64,000 nt of DNA, taken from NCBI GenBank assembly GCA_964594395.1, contig CAZQLW010000001.1:27579-91578 (forward strand), read 5' to 3'. The position numbers were made by a program, and so were the translations under genes. The DNA is from an uncultured Methanosarcinales archaeon (GTDB lineage Archaea > Nanobdellota > Nanobdellia > Woesearchaeales > GW2011-AR9). Positions 37,610-46,296 of this stretch are shown piece after piece; within the stretch, counting starts at the first letter, position 1; every line of letters starts with the position of its first letter. A model generated the notes under the pieces. That model ran no database searches. It was not told the origin of the DNA and saw only the letters and a list, made by a program, of their open reading frames with translations.

Positions 37610-38670
37610 ATCCTTTAGTAAAATTATGTCAGGATTTAATAAAAATAAATTCTGTTACAGGTAATGAAAAAGAAATCCTTCTTTTTATTGAAGAAATGTT
37701 AAATAAGGAAAAGATTGAATTTCAAAGGATTACCTTGTCTGAAAATCGTTGGAACATATTTGCGGTTAAAGGTAACAAAAGGCCGGGAACACTTTTCTGT
37801 GGACACTGTGATACTGTTCCTTTCAATGATTTGTGGACTAGAGAACCATTTCATGCAGAAATTGAAGGAGACAAATTGTTCGGCCTAGGCTCTTCGGACA
37901 TGAAATCCGGATTAGCAGCAATCATTTACGCTTTCATAAATACCGATTCAGATAATCTTAACGGTTTATTAATTACTGTTGGTGAAGAATCAGGTAATTT
38001 TGACGGGATGAAAGCTGCTACCAAAACAGATTTGTTAGAAGATTTTAGTGAAGCTATTGTTGCCGATACTTCTGGAATGGAAATAGTAGTTGAACAATCA
38101 GGAGTATTTGAAGTTGAAGTTACAATTACTTCTCCCGCTAGACATACTCGTGACTTTTATGACAATATTAATCCTATCCATGAAGCTGCGAAATTAATCA
38201 CAATGATAAATGATAACTTTTCAAAGATTAATTTAGTTTCAAAATTGGGTAATAGACCAATTTTATCTATTAATCAGATTAAGGGTGGTTTCGCTAATAA
38301 TATTGTTCCCTCACAAGTATCTTTTTTTATTGACCGTCGTGTGTCTCCTTTAGAAAAATTGGAAGATGTAGAACGGTTTTTTATTCAATGTTTTAAAGAA
38401 GTGCCAAACCTAAAATGGGAACTAGTTGAAAAGTTACCTTCAGTAAATAACGTTGATTCAAAACTTGCAAAAAAGTTAGTTTCACTTTCAAAATTAGAAG
38501 TCACGTCCTCTGCAGGAGTTTCAGAAATAGTTTTTTTGATTGAAAAAGGTATTGATGCGGTATTTTTCGGCCCTGGTACTAAAGGTGAAGCACATAAATC
38601 TAATGAATCAATTTTTGTTAAAGATATCATCAGATACAACGAAATTATAAAAAAAATAATGGAGCGATAA
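37606..38670 (+). CDS. M20-family metallopeptidase/deacylase (ArgE/DapE-like)
   Basis: CGHCDTVP (GHxDVVP) metal-binding motif. Translationally coupled to the HAD gene. Confidence 0.75.
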   Translation: MNPLVKLCQDLIKINSVTGNEKEILLFIEEMLNKEKIEFQRITLSENRWNIFAVKGNKRPGTLFCGHCDTVPFNDLWTREPFHAEIEGDKLFGLGSSDMKSGLAAIIYAFINTDSDNLNGLLITVGEESGNFDGMKAATKTDLLEDFSEAIVADTSGMEIVVEQSGVFEVEVTITSPARHTRDFYDNINPIHEAAKLITMINDNFSKINLVSKLGNRPILSINQIKGGFANNIVPSQVSFFIDRRVSPLEKLEDVERFFIQCFKEVPNLKWELVEKLPSVNNVDSKLAKKLVSLSKLEVTSSAGVSEIVFLIEKGIDAVFFGPGTKGEAHKSNESIFVKDIIRYNEIIKKIMER

Positions 38671-38672
38671 AA

Positions 38673-39590
38673 ATGAAACAGAAAATAATAATTGATACTG
38701 ACCCCGGACATGATGATGCATTAGCAATCATGTTAGCAGTAAAATCAAACTTGTTTAATATTGAAGCAATAACTACCGTAGCAGGAAACTCTACCATTGA
38801 AAATACTACTAGGAATGCTAGATATGTCATGAAACTTTTGAATAAAGAAGATATTCCTGTTTATTCAGGTGCAGATAAACCTTTGAAAAGAGATTTAGTT
38901 CAAGCAGTAGTGCACGGCAAGTCCGGATTAGACGGAATTGATCCTATAAACGAAGCCAAAATAACTGGTAATGCAGTAGAAAAGATAATTGAAATCGTTA
39001 AAAATAATCCTAATGAAATTACGTTAGTGACGTTAGGACCGTTAACTAACGTTTCTCAAGCAATAATTGAAGCACCAGAAGTGATGAAACTTGTTAAAGA
39101 GATTGTTATTATGGGTGGTGCAATAAAAGTTCCAGGAAACAAAAATAGAGTAGCAGAATTTAATATCTTTGTGGACCCTGATGCTGCAGACATTATTTTT
39201 AAATTTTCGATTAAGAAAACTCTTGTCCCTTTAGATGCTTGTAACCATGTTAAATTATTTTTGGAAGATTTTGAAAAAATTGAAAATGTAACTTTGCGTG
39301 AACCAATTATTAAGATGATAAAGCCTTACATTGACAATATTGAAAAAGATGTTGGTGTTAAAGCTGCATTAATGTATGACCCTTTAACAGTTTATGCATT
39401 AATTAATCCCGGTGCTTGTAAAAAGAAGGGTTACAATCTTGTTGTTGAAACTAAAGGTGAGCATACTTTTGGGATGACTGTAGCAGAATTAAGGAAAGTA
39501 AATGATAGTTTTCCAAACATTACAGTAATAGAAATGATTAGTGAAAAAGAATTTAAAAAAGATTTTGTTAAATATTTATCCGCCGCTTAG
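38673..39590 (+). CDS. inosine-uridine-preferring nucleoside hydrolase
   Basis: N-terminal IIIDTDPGHDDALAI matches the DxDxxxDD signature of IU-NH. Confidence 0.85.
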   Translation: MKQKIIIDTDPGHDDALAIMLAVKSNLFNIEAITTVAGNSTIENTTRNARYVMKLLNKEDIPVYSGADKPLKRDLVQAVVHGKSGLDGIDPINEAKITGNAVEKIIEIVKNNPNEITLVTLGPLTNVSQAIIEAPEVMKLVKEIVIMGGAIKVPGNKNRVAEFNIFVDPDAADIIFKFSIKKTLVPLDACNHVKLFLEDFEKIENVTLREPIIKMIKPYIDNIEKDVGVKAALMYDPLTVYALINPGACKKKGYNLVVETKGEHTFGMTVAELRKVNDSFPNITVIEMISEKEFKKDFVKYLSAA

Positions 39591-40133
39591 GAATGCTACA
39601 GCAAAAATGGCGATCAGGAAAATTATTACTAAACCCATCACTTTTGGATGGAATAATGTTGCTCTGGCACTGCCCATGAAGTCTTTCTGAGCAACTCCTC
39701 CTTCATCAGTAATGGTAACATTACCATCTCCGTCAAAAGCGGCATCTGTAAATGATTGGCCTAAAACTGTACCTAAAGATGCAACCAGAAGAACTATACC
39801 TACACCGATAAGTGTCCATTGTAATGTTTTATCGCCAAGTGCACCCCTGATATCTGATTCTTGGGCACCAAAAATTTGGAAAATCAGTAAGATCAATATA
39901 AAGAAAATAATAATTACTGTAAACCAAGGGACCATGAAATTTAGGACGCTAACTAATGTATCAGATAATAAGACCATAAATGCTATTACTACTGCAACGA
40001 TAGCATTAATTTGTAATGATTCACCTAACGCTTTAGTTTTTTGTAACACTGCAAAGACGAGTGCAAAAACTAATAATACTGGAAAAATAACGTCAAACGA
40101 TTTCAATAAACTTAAATCTAATACAGTCGCCAT
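39576..40133 (-). CDS. 4-TM membrane protein, paralog 1 of a tandem triplet
   Basis: Shares the FLLVFxIVFAVLQKTxxLG N-terminal helix with the two genes downstream. Confidence 0.45.
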   Translation of the reverse strand: MATVLDLSLLKSFDVIFPVLLVFALVFAVLQKTKALGESLQINAIVAVVIAFMVLLSDTLVSVLNFMVPWFTVIIIFFILILLIFQIFGAQESDIRGALGDKTLQWTLIGVGIVLLVASLGTVLGQSFTDAAFDGDGNVTITDEGGVAQKDFMGSARATLFHPKVMGLVIIFLIAIFAVAFLSGG

Positions 40134-40136
40134 TAT

Positions 40137-40718
40137 TTATTTTTTCTCCACTAGTTTACCTAGTCCTTTTCCTAAATCTTTTAATGCATCAATACCTTTC
40201 CCTTCTCCTGGTTCTTTAGTAATGAACCAGACAATGACTCCAAAGACAAGGATGATAATCATTAATTCAGTAACCTCGGCCGACCACCAATAAAATATGT
40301 TAGATGGACCTACCCAAAGGTTTAATGCTGAGCCGAAAATGTAAACTACAAAAACTATTGCTATTAAAGCAATGATTGGTGATGCGGATGCTGCAAAATC
40401 AGCTCCAAAAATACCCATTAATAATAATAACATGATTGCTGCTACTGCAACTAAAGAAATGCTTGGTAAAGTTTCGTTAAGAACCATTACGGGATCATAA
40501 CCGAGCGGATAATAACCAATCATGTGAGGGACAACAAACATTAATCCTAGCACAAGTGCTACCACCACATTAAAATTCTTTTTTCCATCACCTAAAATAT
40601 TTGTTTTTTGTAGAACTGCAAAAACAATTACGAATACTAACAGAAATGGTAATAAAAAATCCATCACCCCATAAGTTTGAAAATAACCTGCCAGATTAGC
40701 AAAACTTGTACCTACCAT
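40137..40718 (-). CDS. 4-TM membrane protein, paralog 2
   Basis: DFLLPFLLVFVIVFAVLQKTNILG, paralogous to the neighbours. Confidence 0.45.
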   Translation of the reverse strand: MVGTSFANLAGYFQTYGVMDFLLPFLLVFVIVFAVLQKTNILGDGKKNFNVVVALVLGLMFVVPHMIGYYPLGYDPVMVLNETLPSISLVAVAAIMLLLLMGIFGADFAASASPIIALIAIVFVVYIFGSALNLWVGPSNIFYWWSAEVTELMIIILVFGVIVWFITKEPGEGKGIDALKDLGKGLGKLVEKK

Positions 40719-40768
40719 TTTAAATTAACCTCCAATTGAAAATTTTAATTTTATCCATTTTAATTTTT

Positions 40769-41362
40769 TTATTCTTCTTTCTTTTTTTCTTTTTTTGTGT
40801 TTGGATCCTTAATAATGTAAAACATAAATCCACTAATAACTAAAAGGAAAATGATTGATGTTGCCCATTGAGCATCCCAATTTTGAAATACTGAAAAGAT
40901 AATTTCTAAAACTGAATAAGATTCTCCGGGATTAGTTTCTATTTTAATAGCGTTCATAAAAATTGCGACAACACCGATGAACATAAAAATGATGAATGCT
41001 TTTGTCCATCCAGGAATTTTATCTATTCCTACAAATTCTTGATCACTGAAAAACACTCCTACTAACATTAAGAAACAAATTGCCAATATTAATAGTAAAA
41101 CTACGTTTGCCATTACTTCGTTAATAACTGATACTAGTTGTGTTGAAGCAATAACAAGGAACGACATGATAAACGCAACCATAGAATTAAGGTTTTTCTT
41201 GGTTAACTCTCTCCCATCAATTTTTTCTACCCCTAAAATTTTAGTCTTTTCAAGGATAGCAAAAACAATTGTAAATACTAATAAGAAAGGTAAGATTATG
41301 TCATAGACTCCTAAATCACCTAAAAATTCTATCACTCCACGAAATCCGCTTGCTTCTACCAT
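40769..41362 (-). CDS. 4-TM membrane protein, paralog 3
   Basis: DIILPFLLVFTIVFAILEKTKILG, paralogous to the neighbours. Confidence 0.45.
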   Translation of the reverse strand: MVEASGFRGVIEFLGDLGVYDIILPFLLVFTIVFAILEKTKILGVEKIDGRELTKKNLNSMVAFIMSFLVIASTQLVSVINEVMANVVLLLILAICFLMLVGVFFSDQEFVGIDKIPGWTKAFIIFMFIGVVAIFMNAIKIETNPGESYSVLEIIFSVFQNWDAQWATSIIFLLVISGFMFYIIKDPNTKKEKKKEE

Positions 41363-41512
41363 CTAATTTATCCTCTTTTTATTGTATTAAATTAAAAGAT
41401 TATAGTATATAAATGTTTCTAAACGTTTCTTCTTTAACTGTTTTTTTTGAACCTAAAAAAACGAAGTCTTTAAATATTAGTTTATTTTGTCTAAATTTCG
41501 AGGTGGAAAAAG

Positions 41513-42943
41513 TTGAGGTGTAAATTATTTATTTTAATATTATTGATGTTTTCATTACTTTCTATTACTGTTTTAGCTGCAGATACGGAGGTAACAGTAA
41601 CTCCATTAGAGAATCATATTACTACGGCTGAACAAGCTACATTTAAAGTTACAGTTAAAAGTACAGGTAACGAGTTTCAAAGTTATACTGTTTATGCTCT
41701 GGAATTAGGTTGGATTATTGATCCACTTCCCCAGGATAGAACTTTTGATTTAAACCCGGGAGAATCAAAAACTACTATTGTTACAGTTAAACCTACTGAA
41801 GACTTTAAGCCTGGTGCTTATGCTCCAACGTTATATGTTGATAGTTATCGGGGAAATAATTATAAAACTTATACTAAAAGTTTAAAATTGTACCTTAGTC
41901 CAGAAGGACAAATTGAATATTTTCCTTCTTTAACAGTTACAGTTGATATGGACGAAAAAATTAACCCCCAAGAACCAGTTCCTATCAAACTTTTCATTAA
42001 TAGTCGAAATCCTTTAAATTTAACCAATTTAAAATTAAAAATTCAAAGTGATATGTCTGAATTTCAAAAAGATGTTATTATAGATATTCCACCGTTAGAA
42101 AAGAAAACCGTAGAATTCACTATTGTTCCTAGCGAATTTCAGCAACCAAAAGATTACACACTTTTCTTTGTCTTTGAACATAAAGGTCAGACAGTTAAAG
42201 TTGTTGAGAAAAAAATTGAAGTAGTTTCATTATTACCTGAATTTTCAGTTAATATTGTTGAAGATATAATCTTTTTTAAACAATTTAAACAAGTTTCAAT
42301 AACTAATCCTGGTAATGTTTTGAATAAGCAAGAAGTTAAAATCCCCGTTTCTTTTTGGTCGTCTTTGTTTATTAAAAGTCCTGGTAGTGAGTATAAAACT
42401 ATTGAGGGTAGTAAATTTTTGGTCTGGAAACTTTCTCTAACTCCTAACGAAACTATTAGTGTAAATTATGTAGTGAATTATAGGATATTATTTTATTTGT
42501 TACTGGTTATTCTCATTTTTGGCAGTTTTTATTGGTATGTTCAAACTCCGATTGTTGCTAAGAAGTCAGCAATTACTACTAAAAGTGATGAAGAGGGTGC
42601 TTTATCAGAGATTAAAGTTACTTTAGAAGTTAATAATAAGTCTGGTAAACCACTTAAAGGCGTAAAAATTACCGATCTTGTTCCCGGAATTGCTAATGTT
42701 GAAAAAAGTTTAGAATTGGGAACGTTAAAACCTCAAGAAGTGAGACATGTTAAACAGGGTACAAAAGTAATTTGGTCTTTAGCAGAGATTGATTCACATG
42801 AACATCGTTTAATTACGTACAAAGTTAAAGCTAAACTTAACATTGTGGGAACTTTTAGTTTACCACGAGCTATTGTTGAGTTTGAGAAAGGTAAAGGAAA
42901 GAAAGGTAAATCCTATTCAAATATATTTCGTTTGAGTAGTTAA
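41513..42943 (+). CDS. secreted/surface protein with signal peptide and internal TM (hypothetical; TTG start in the supplied ORF)
   Basis: Signal peptide ending AADTEV with a GAGGTGG Shine-Dalgarno-like sequence upstream. Beta-rich repetitive body. A TM around residue 330 splits two extracellular-looking parts. Confidence 0.5.
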   Translation: MRCKLFILILLMFSLLSITVLAADTEVTVTPLENHITTAEQATFKVTVKSTGNEFQSYTVYALELGWIIDPLPQDRTFDLNPGESKTTIVTVKPTEDFKPGAYAPTLYVDSYRGNNYKTYTKSLKLYLSPEGQIEYFPSLTVTVDMDEKINPQEPVPIKLFINSRNPLNLTNLKLKIQSDMSEFQKDVIIDIPPLEKKTVEFTIVPSEFQQPKDYTLFFVFEHKGQTVKVVEKKIEVVSLLPEFSVNIVEDIIFFKQFKQVSITNPGNVLNKQEVKIPVSFWSSLFIKSPGSEYKTIEGSKFLVWKLSLTPNETISVNYVVNYRILFYLLLVILIFGSFYWYVQTPIVAKKSAITTKSDEEGALSEIKVTLEVNNKSGKPLKGVKITDLVPGIANVEKSLELGTLKPQEVRHVKQGTKVIWSLAEIDSHEHRLITYKVKAKLNIVGTFSLPRAIVEFEKGKGKKGKSYSNIFRLSS

Positions 42944-43045
42944 GTGATATACTCACTGGACTATAAAAACATTTATATAGAAGTGGCAGTCTTTATAGAG
43001 TTAAAAAAGAACAAGTTATAATCAAATATAAGAGAGGGTGTGAAA

Positions 43046-43438
43046 ATGAAAGATTTTTTATTACAATTAAAGGATAAATTTGCAAAACCAATTGAGGACG
43101 ATGAAATAATTGAGGAACAATCTGAGGAATATCTTGAGTTAGGTTCATCTCCAACTAAAGAAGAACAGGCTAAGATTATTGTTCGTCCGTTCGTAATTGA
43201 AGAGTTTGAAGATATTAAAGAAATTTTGGACGTTCTTAGAGAAGGTTCAACAATTGCTTTAGTTAACATTCGACCTTTAAAAGAAAAGGACTTAATTGAG
43301 TTAAAAAGGGCGATTTCTAAATTACGAAAAACTTGTGAAGCTATTGATGGTGACATTGCCGGTTTTGGTGAAGATTATGTTGTAGCAGTACCTTACTTTG
43401 CCCAAATTTTTCGGAACAAGCCAGTTAATATTGAATAA
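43046..43438 (+). CDS. sepF: cell division protein SepF (FtsZ-anchoring)
   Basis: IIVRPFVIEEFEDIKEILDVLREGSTIALVNIRPL...GDIAGFGEDYVVAVP matches the SepF domain. The ATG at 43046 is preferred over the GTG at 43040. Confidence 0.7.
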   Translation: MKDFLLQLKDKFAKPIEDDEIIEEQSEEYLELGSSPTKEEQAKIIVRPFVIEEFEDIKEILDVLREGSTIALVNIRPLKEKDLIELKRAISKLRKTCEAIDGDIAGFGEDYVVAVPYFAQIFRNKPVNIE

Positions 43439-43484
43439 TTTTTTTAATTTTCTTTTTCTTTTCGCTTTTTTTAATAGAAAAACA

Positions 43485-43492
43485 TTTAAATG
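43485..43492 (+). promoter_or_regulatory. TATA-like box (TTTAAATG) about 27-33 nt upstream of the first GCCGAGG acceptor copy
   Basis: Position is appropriate for an archaeal promoter driving the tRNA-Ser region from 43518. Confidence 0.3.
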
Positions 43493-43586
43493 ACATTCTT
43501 TTGATAGATTTGTTCATGCCGAGGTCGCATACTCTAAAGCAATTGCATCGCTTTTGGTCGCGCCCTCTCTGTTCATAAACATTCAC

Positions 43587-43704
43587 GCCGAGGTCGCATA
43601 ATCTGGTACATTTTTGCTTAATCATGGCACAAATGCAGAAAATTGCGCTAGCCTGCTAAGCTGGTTTCCTCACGGATATCTGGGTTCAAATCCCAGCCTC
43701 GGCG
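43587..43704 (+). tRNA. tRNA-Ser(GCU) candidate with roughly 33-nt insertion (putative non-canonical intron) in the D-arm region
   Basis: Acceptor GCCGAGG/CCTCGGC plus discriminator G. T-arm CTGGG-TTCAAAT-CCCAG. Anticodon arm CTAGC-CUGCUAA-GCTGG. Long variable arm (15 nt). D-loop-like AATCTGGTA. Total 118 nt implies an insert between the D-loop and anticodon stem. Confidence 0.45.
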
Positions 43705-43789
43705 TTGTGAAACTAGCCGGGGATGGTTCCAGAAACTTTGTTTCTGATATCAGCCTCGGCGTTTCTTTTTTAATTTTTTTTAAATAGAA

Positions 43790-44248
43790 TTAACAATTTC
43801 TTATATTTTCAACAATTAACGCCTTTTCAACACAAATCTGTTCTTTATCATAAAGTTTAATTTTTGGCGTTATTTTTACCTGCCTAATCGCTCCGCCAGA
43901 AGCGAAATTGTAAGCAACACTACCCATATAAGTTCCTGCTTTACCGATCTTAGCGTTGTTCAATTCTGTTGATTCAGCTTTTAATGTTCCGATAACGTTA
44001 ATAATTAAACCTTCAATATTAATGTTCACTCCATTTTCTATTGTAAACATAATTTGTTGCGTTGCAACGTTATAACATGCAACTTTTTGTCCGCCAATTT
44101 CAGATAAATGTAACCCGATTTCTATCGGGCATTGTGCTTCTAATTCGACTTGAGCTTGTCCAAAGTTCATGATTACTATTCCTAGAGCTACTGCGAAAGA
44201 AATTAAAAGTAATGTTGCTACTAATGGTGCTATCCCTCTTTTGTTCAT
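43790..44248 (-). CDS. archaeal type IV pilin-like protein (class III signal peptide)
   Basis: N-terminus MNKRG|IAPLVATLLLISFAVALGIVIM shows the basic-Gly cleavage context followed by a hydrophobic helix, typical of archaeal prepilins. Confidence 0.55.
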   Translation of the reverse strand: MNKRGIAPLVATLLLISFAVALGIVIMNFGQAQVELEAQCPIEIGLHLSEIGGQKVACYNVATQQIMFTIENGVNINIEGLIINVIGTLKAESTELNNAKIGKAGTYMGSVAYNFASGGAIRQVKITPKIKLYDKEQICVEKALIVENIRNC

Positions 44249-44296
44249 AATTTAATTATGAAAGAGAAAGGAATATATAAGTTTTTGGATGGTAGC

Positions 44297-44875
44297 TTAC
44301 CAATTATTATCTAGAACTCTTTGCCAAACTTCTTCAGTTGATTTTGTCCATTCAACGTTTAACCTTTCAAATTCAATTGGTGACCAAATTACTAATTGTG
44401 GGGCTGAATAACTGTCATCATATTCAAAAAAAGGAACTTTGGATTCCCAATACTTTTTATAAGCTCGATTCAGGGATCCTGCTATTGGTCCTTTTCGAAG
44501 TTCTCTTTCAACATGGGCCCTATCAACAACATAAGCTTTATCTTTTGGCTCTAATTCAAAACTTAGAAGTATAGTTTCTTCTTCTCTACAGATATCGTGC
44601 ATTAATAATTTCCATAAATGGGGGAATTCTGAATTTTCTAACCATGAATTTGGTTCTGATTCAAGTAAACTTTCAACGACTTTATTATATGCTTCATTTG
44701 GAAATCCTTTTAAATTTGGATGAACAAACATTTTACTTGGAATCAATCCTCGGAAATCATTAAAAGGAGTCCTGAAATTTCTATCTACTCCATTCGTATG
44801 CATAGATTGATATGCTTTTTGATTAGTGTAATGGTATCCAATCATTTTATTTTTGTTATTCATTTTTATCTTCAT
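44297..44875 (-). CDS. hypothetical protein (no recognised domain), first of two overlapping genes
   Basis: 192-aa ORF rich in W/Y/H. ATGA overlap with the upstream gene. Confidence 0.4.
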   Translation of the reverse strand: MKIKMNNKNKMIGYHYTNQKAYQSMHTNGVDRNFRTPFNDFRGLIPSKMFVHPNLKGFPNEAYNKVVESLLESEPNSWLENSEFPHLWKLLMHDICREEETILLSFELEPKDKAYVVDRAHVERELRKGPIAGSLNRAYKKYWESKVPFFEYDDSYSAPQLVIWSPIEFERLNVEWTKSTEEVWQRVLDNNW

Positions 44876-45480
44876 TCTTTAACAATGTCATCTAATGATT
44901 GTTTATCTGCTTCTTGTTCTGGGGTTTTTGATCCAAAGAATCTTCTGAATCCATCCATTGAAAATTTTCCTGCAGGTGCTAACCACCAACTATTTTTAAA
45001 AAATTCCCATCCTGCTTTACCCACAGTTTCAATTTCAAAATCAACTTCTGTGTCTAAAGCTGCTCTGATACCTAATGCACCTGCAATTTGTAACCAATAT
45101 AATTGAGTTTGAACTAAGTTATGCGCGACTAATTCTGCAGTATAACGTTTAGGAAGAGAACTTTCAGGAGTAACATTTCCTTTTTTATAAGTCCAATCTC
45201 GAACTACAGTAAAAATGGGTGAAGTTACAGAATGTACAGCTAAACTTAATCCTCTTGCCATTAATGAAGTTCCTGGAAGCATCCCCACTTGAGAATCCAT
45301 ATACATTCCTAACACAACTTTATTAGCGGCTAATCCTGTCCAATCACCAACAAACTTGTAAGTCTTGTTATCTTTCATCCGTTCGTATCGTTTAGTTCCC
45401 ACAATATCTTCCATAGTAATATCATATGTAAGAATTTCATATGCACGTGAATTACGAACTTTATCTGGAATTAGCTTCAT
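44872..45480 (-). CDS. hypothetical protein (no recognised domain)
   Basis: 202-aa ORF co-oriented and translationally coupled with 44297-44875 and followed by the pilin gene. Confidence 0.4.
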   Translation of the reverse strand: MKLIPDKVRNSRAYEILTYDITMEDIVGTKRYERMKDNKTYKFVGDWTGLAANKVVLGMYMDSQVGMLPGTSLMARGLSLAVHSVTSPIFTVVRDWTYKKGNVTPESSLPKRYTAELVAHNLVQTQLYWLQIAGALGIRAALDTEVDFEIETVGKAGWEFFKNSWWLAPAGKFSMDGFRRFFGSKTPEQEADKQSLDDIVKE

Positions 45481-45589
45481 AGTCTAAAAAATCAAACTTT
45501 CTTTATAAACATTTCTCTTAAAACACCACTCAAAAGTAACAAAACATTTATAAAGCAGTTCTATTCTTGACTTTATATTATTCAAAAGG

Positions 45590-46234
45590 GTGAACATATT
45601 GGACACATTTGAACTAAAACGAGAGCAATCAAGGCTAGCACAGAAAATTATTCTTAGAGATGATTTTAGTAGAATTAAAACTATTGGCGGGATTGATTGT
45701 GCTGTTATTGGTGATAAAATTTTAGCTTACGTAGTAGTTTGTGAATTTCCTTCCATGGAAGTAATTGAAAAAAAGAAATATTTTCTTACTAATCCTCTTC
45801 CATACAAGCCAGGATTTCAAGCATACCGAGAAATGCCGGCAATGATTGAAGCGTTTAACAGTTTAGAAAACGAACCTGATTTGATTTTGGTTAGTGGCAC
45901 AGGTATTGCCCACCCCAGAAAAATTGGAATTGCATCACATTTGGGATTGGCACTAAACAAACCTACTATCGGCGTTACTCAGAAATTAGTTTTCGGTAAA
46001 GTTGATAAAAGTAAAATTATACTTTATAATGATATTGTTGGTTTTGAAATTAAGACCAGAGAACACGCCAACCCAGTTTATGTTTCTCCTGGTCATTTAG
46101 TTTCTTTAGGGTCGACGTTAGATACAGTTTCTAAGGTTATTAAGTTTCCACATAAGATGCCGGAACCTTTACATCTTGCCCACAAATTTGCTAGAAAGAA
46201 AGCAAAGAAGTTAATGGCAGAAGTTAGTGAATAA
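45590..46234 (+). CDS. nfi: endonuclease V
   Basis: IGGIDCAV..., YKPGFQAYREMP and GTGIAHPRKIGIASHLG match the conserved EndoV motifs. Confidence 0.8.
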   Translation: MNILDTFELKREQSRLAQKIILRDDFSRIKTIGGIDCAVIGDKILAYVVVCEFPSMEVIEKKKYFLTNPLPYKPGFQAYREMPAMIEAFNSLENEPDLILVSGTGIAHPRKIGIASHLGLALNKPTIGVTQKLVFGKVDKSKIILYNDIVGFEIKTREHANPVYVSPGHLVSLGSTLDTVSKVIKFPHKMPEPLHLAHKFARKKAKKLMAEVSE

Positions 46235-46296
46235 AAATTAATAATCTCATTTCTTTATCAAAATATTTAAATAACCTTGCCTATTAGTTCTCGTCT

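Noticed and set aside
43425-43625. 66-aa minus-strand ORF overlapping the tRNA-Ser region
   Set aside because: It overlaps the GC-rich tRNA-like island. Its translation is Cys/Lys-rich low-complexity. The tRNA interpretation explains the sequence better.
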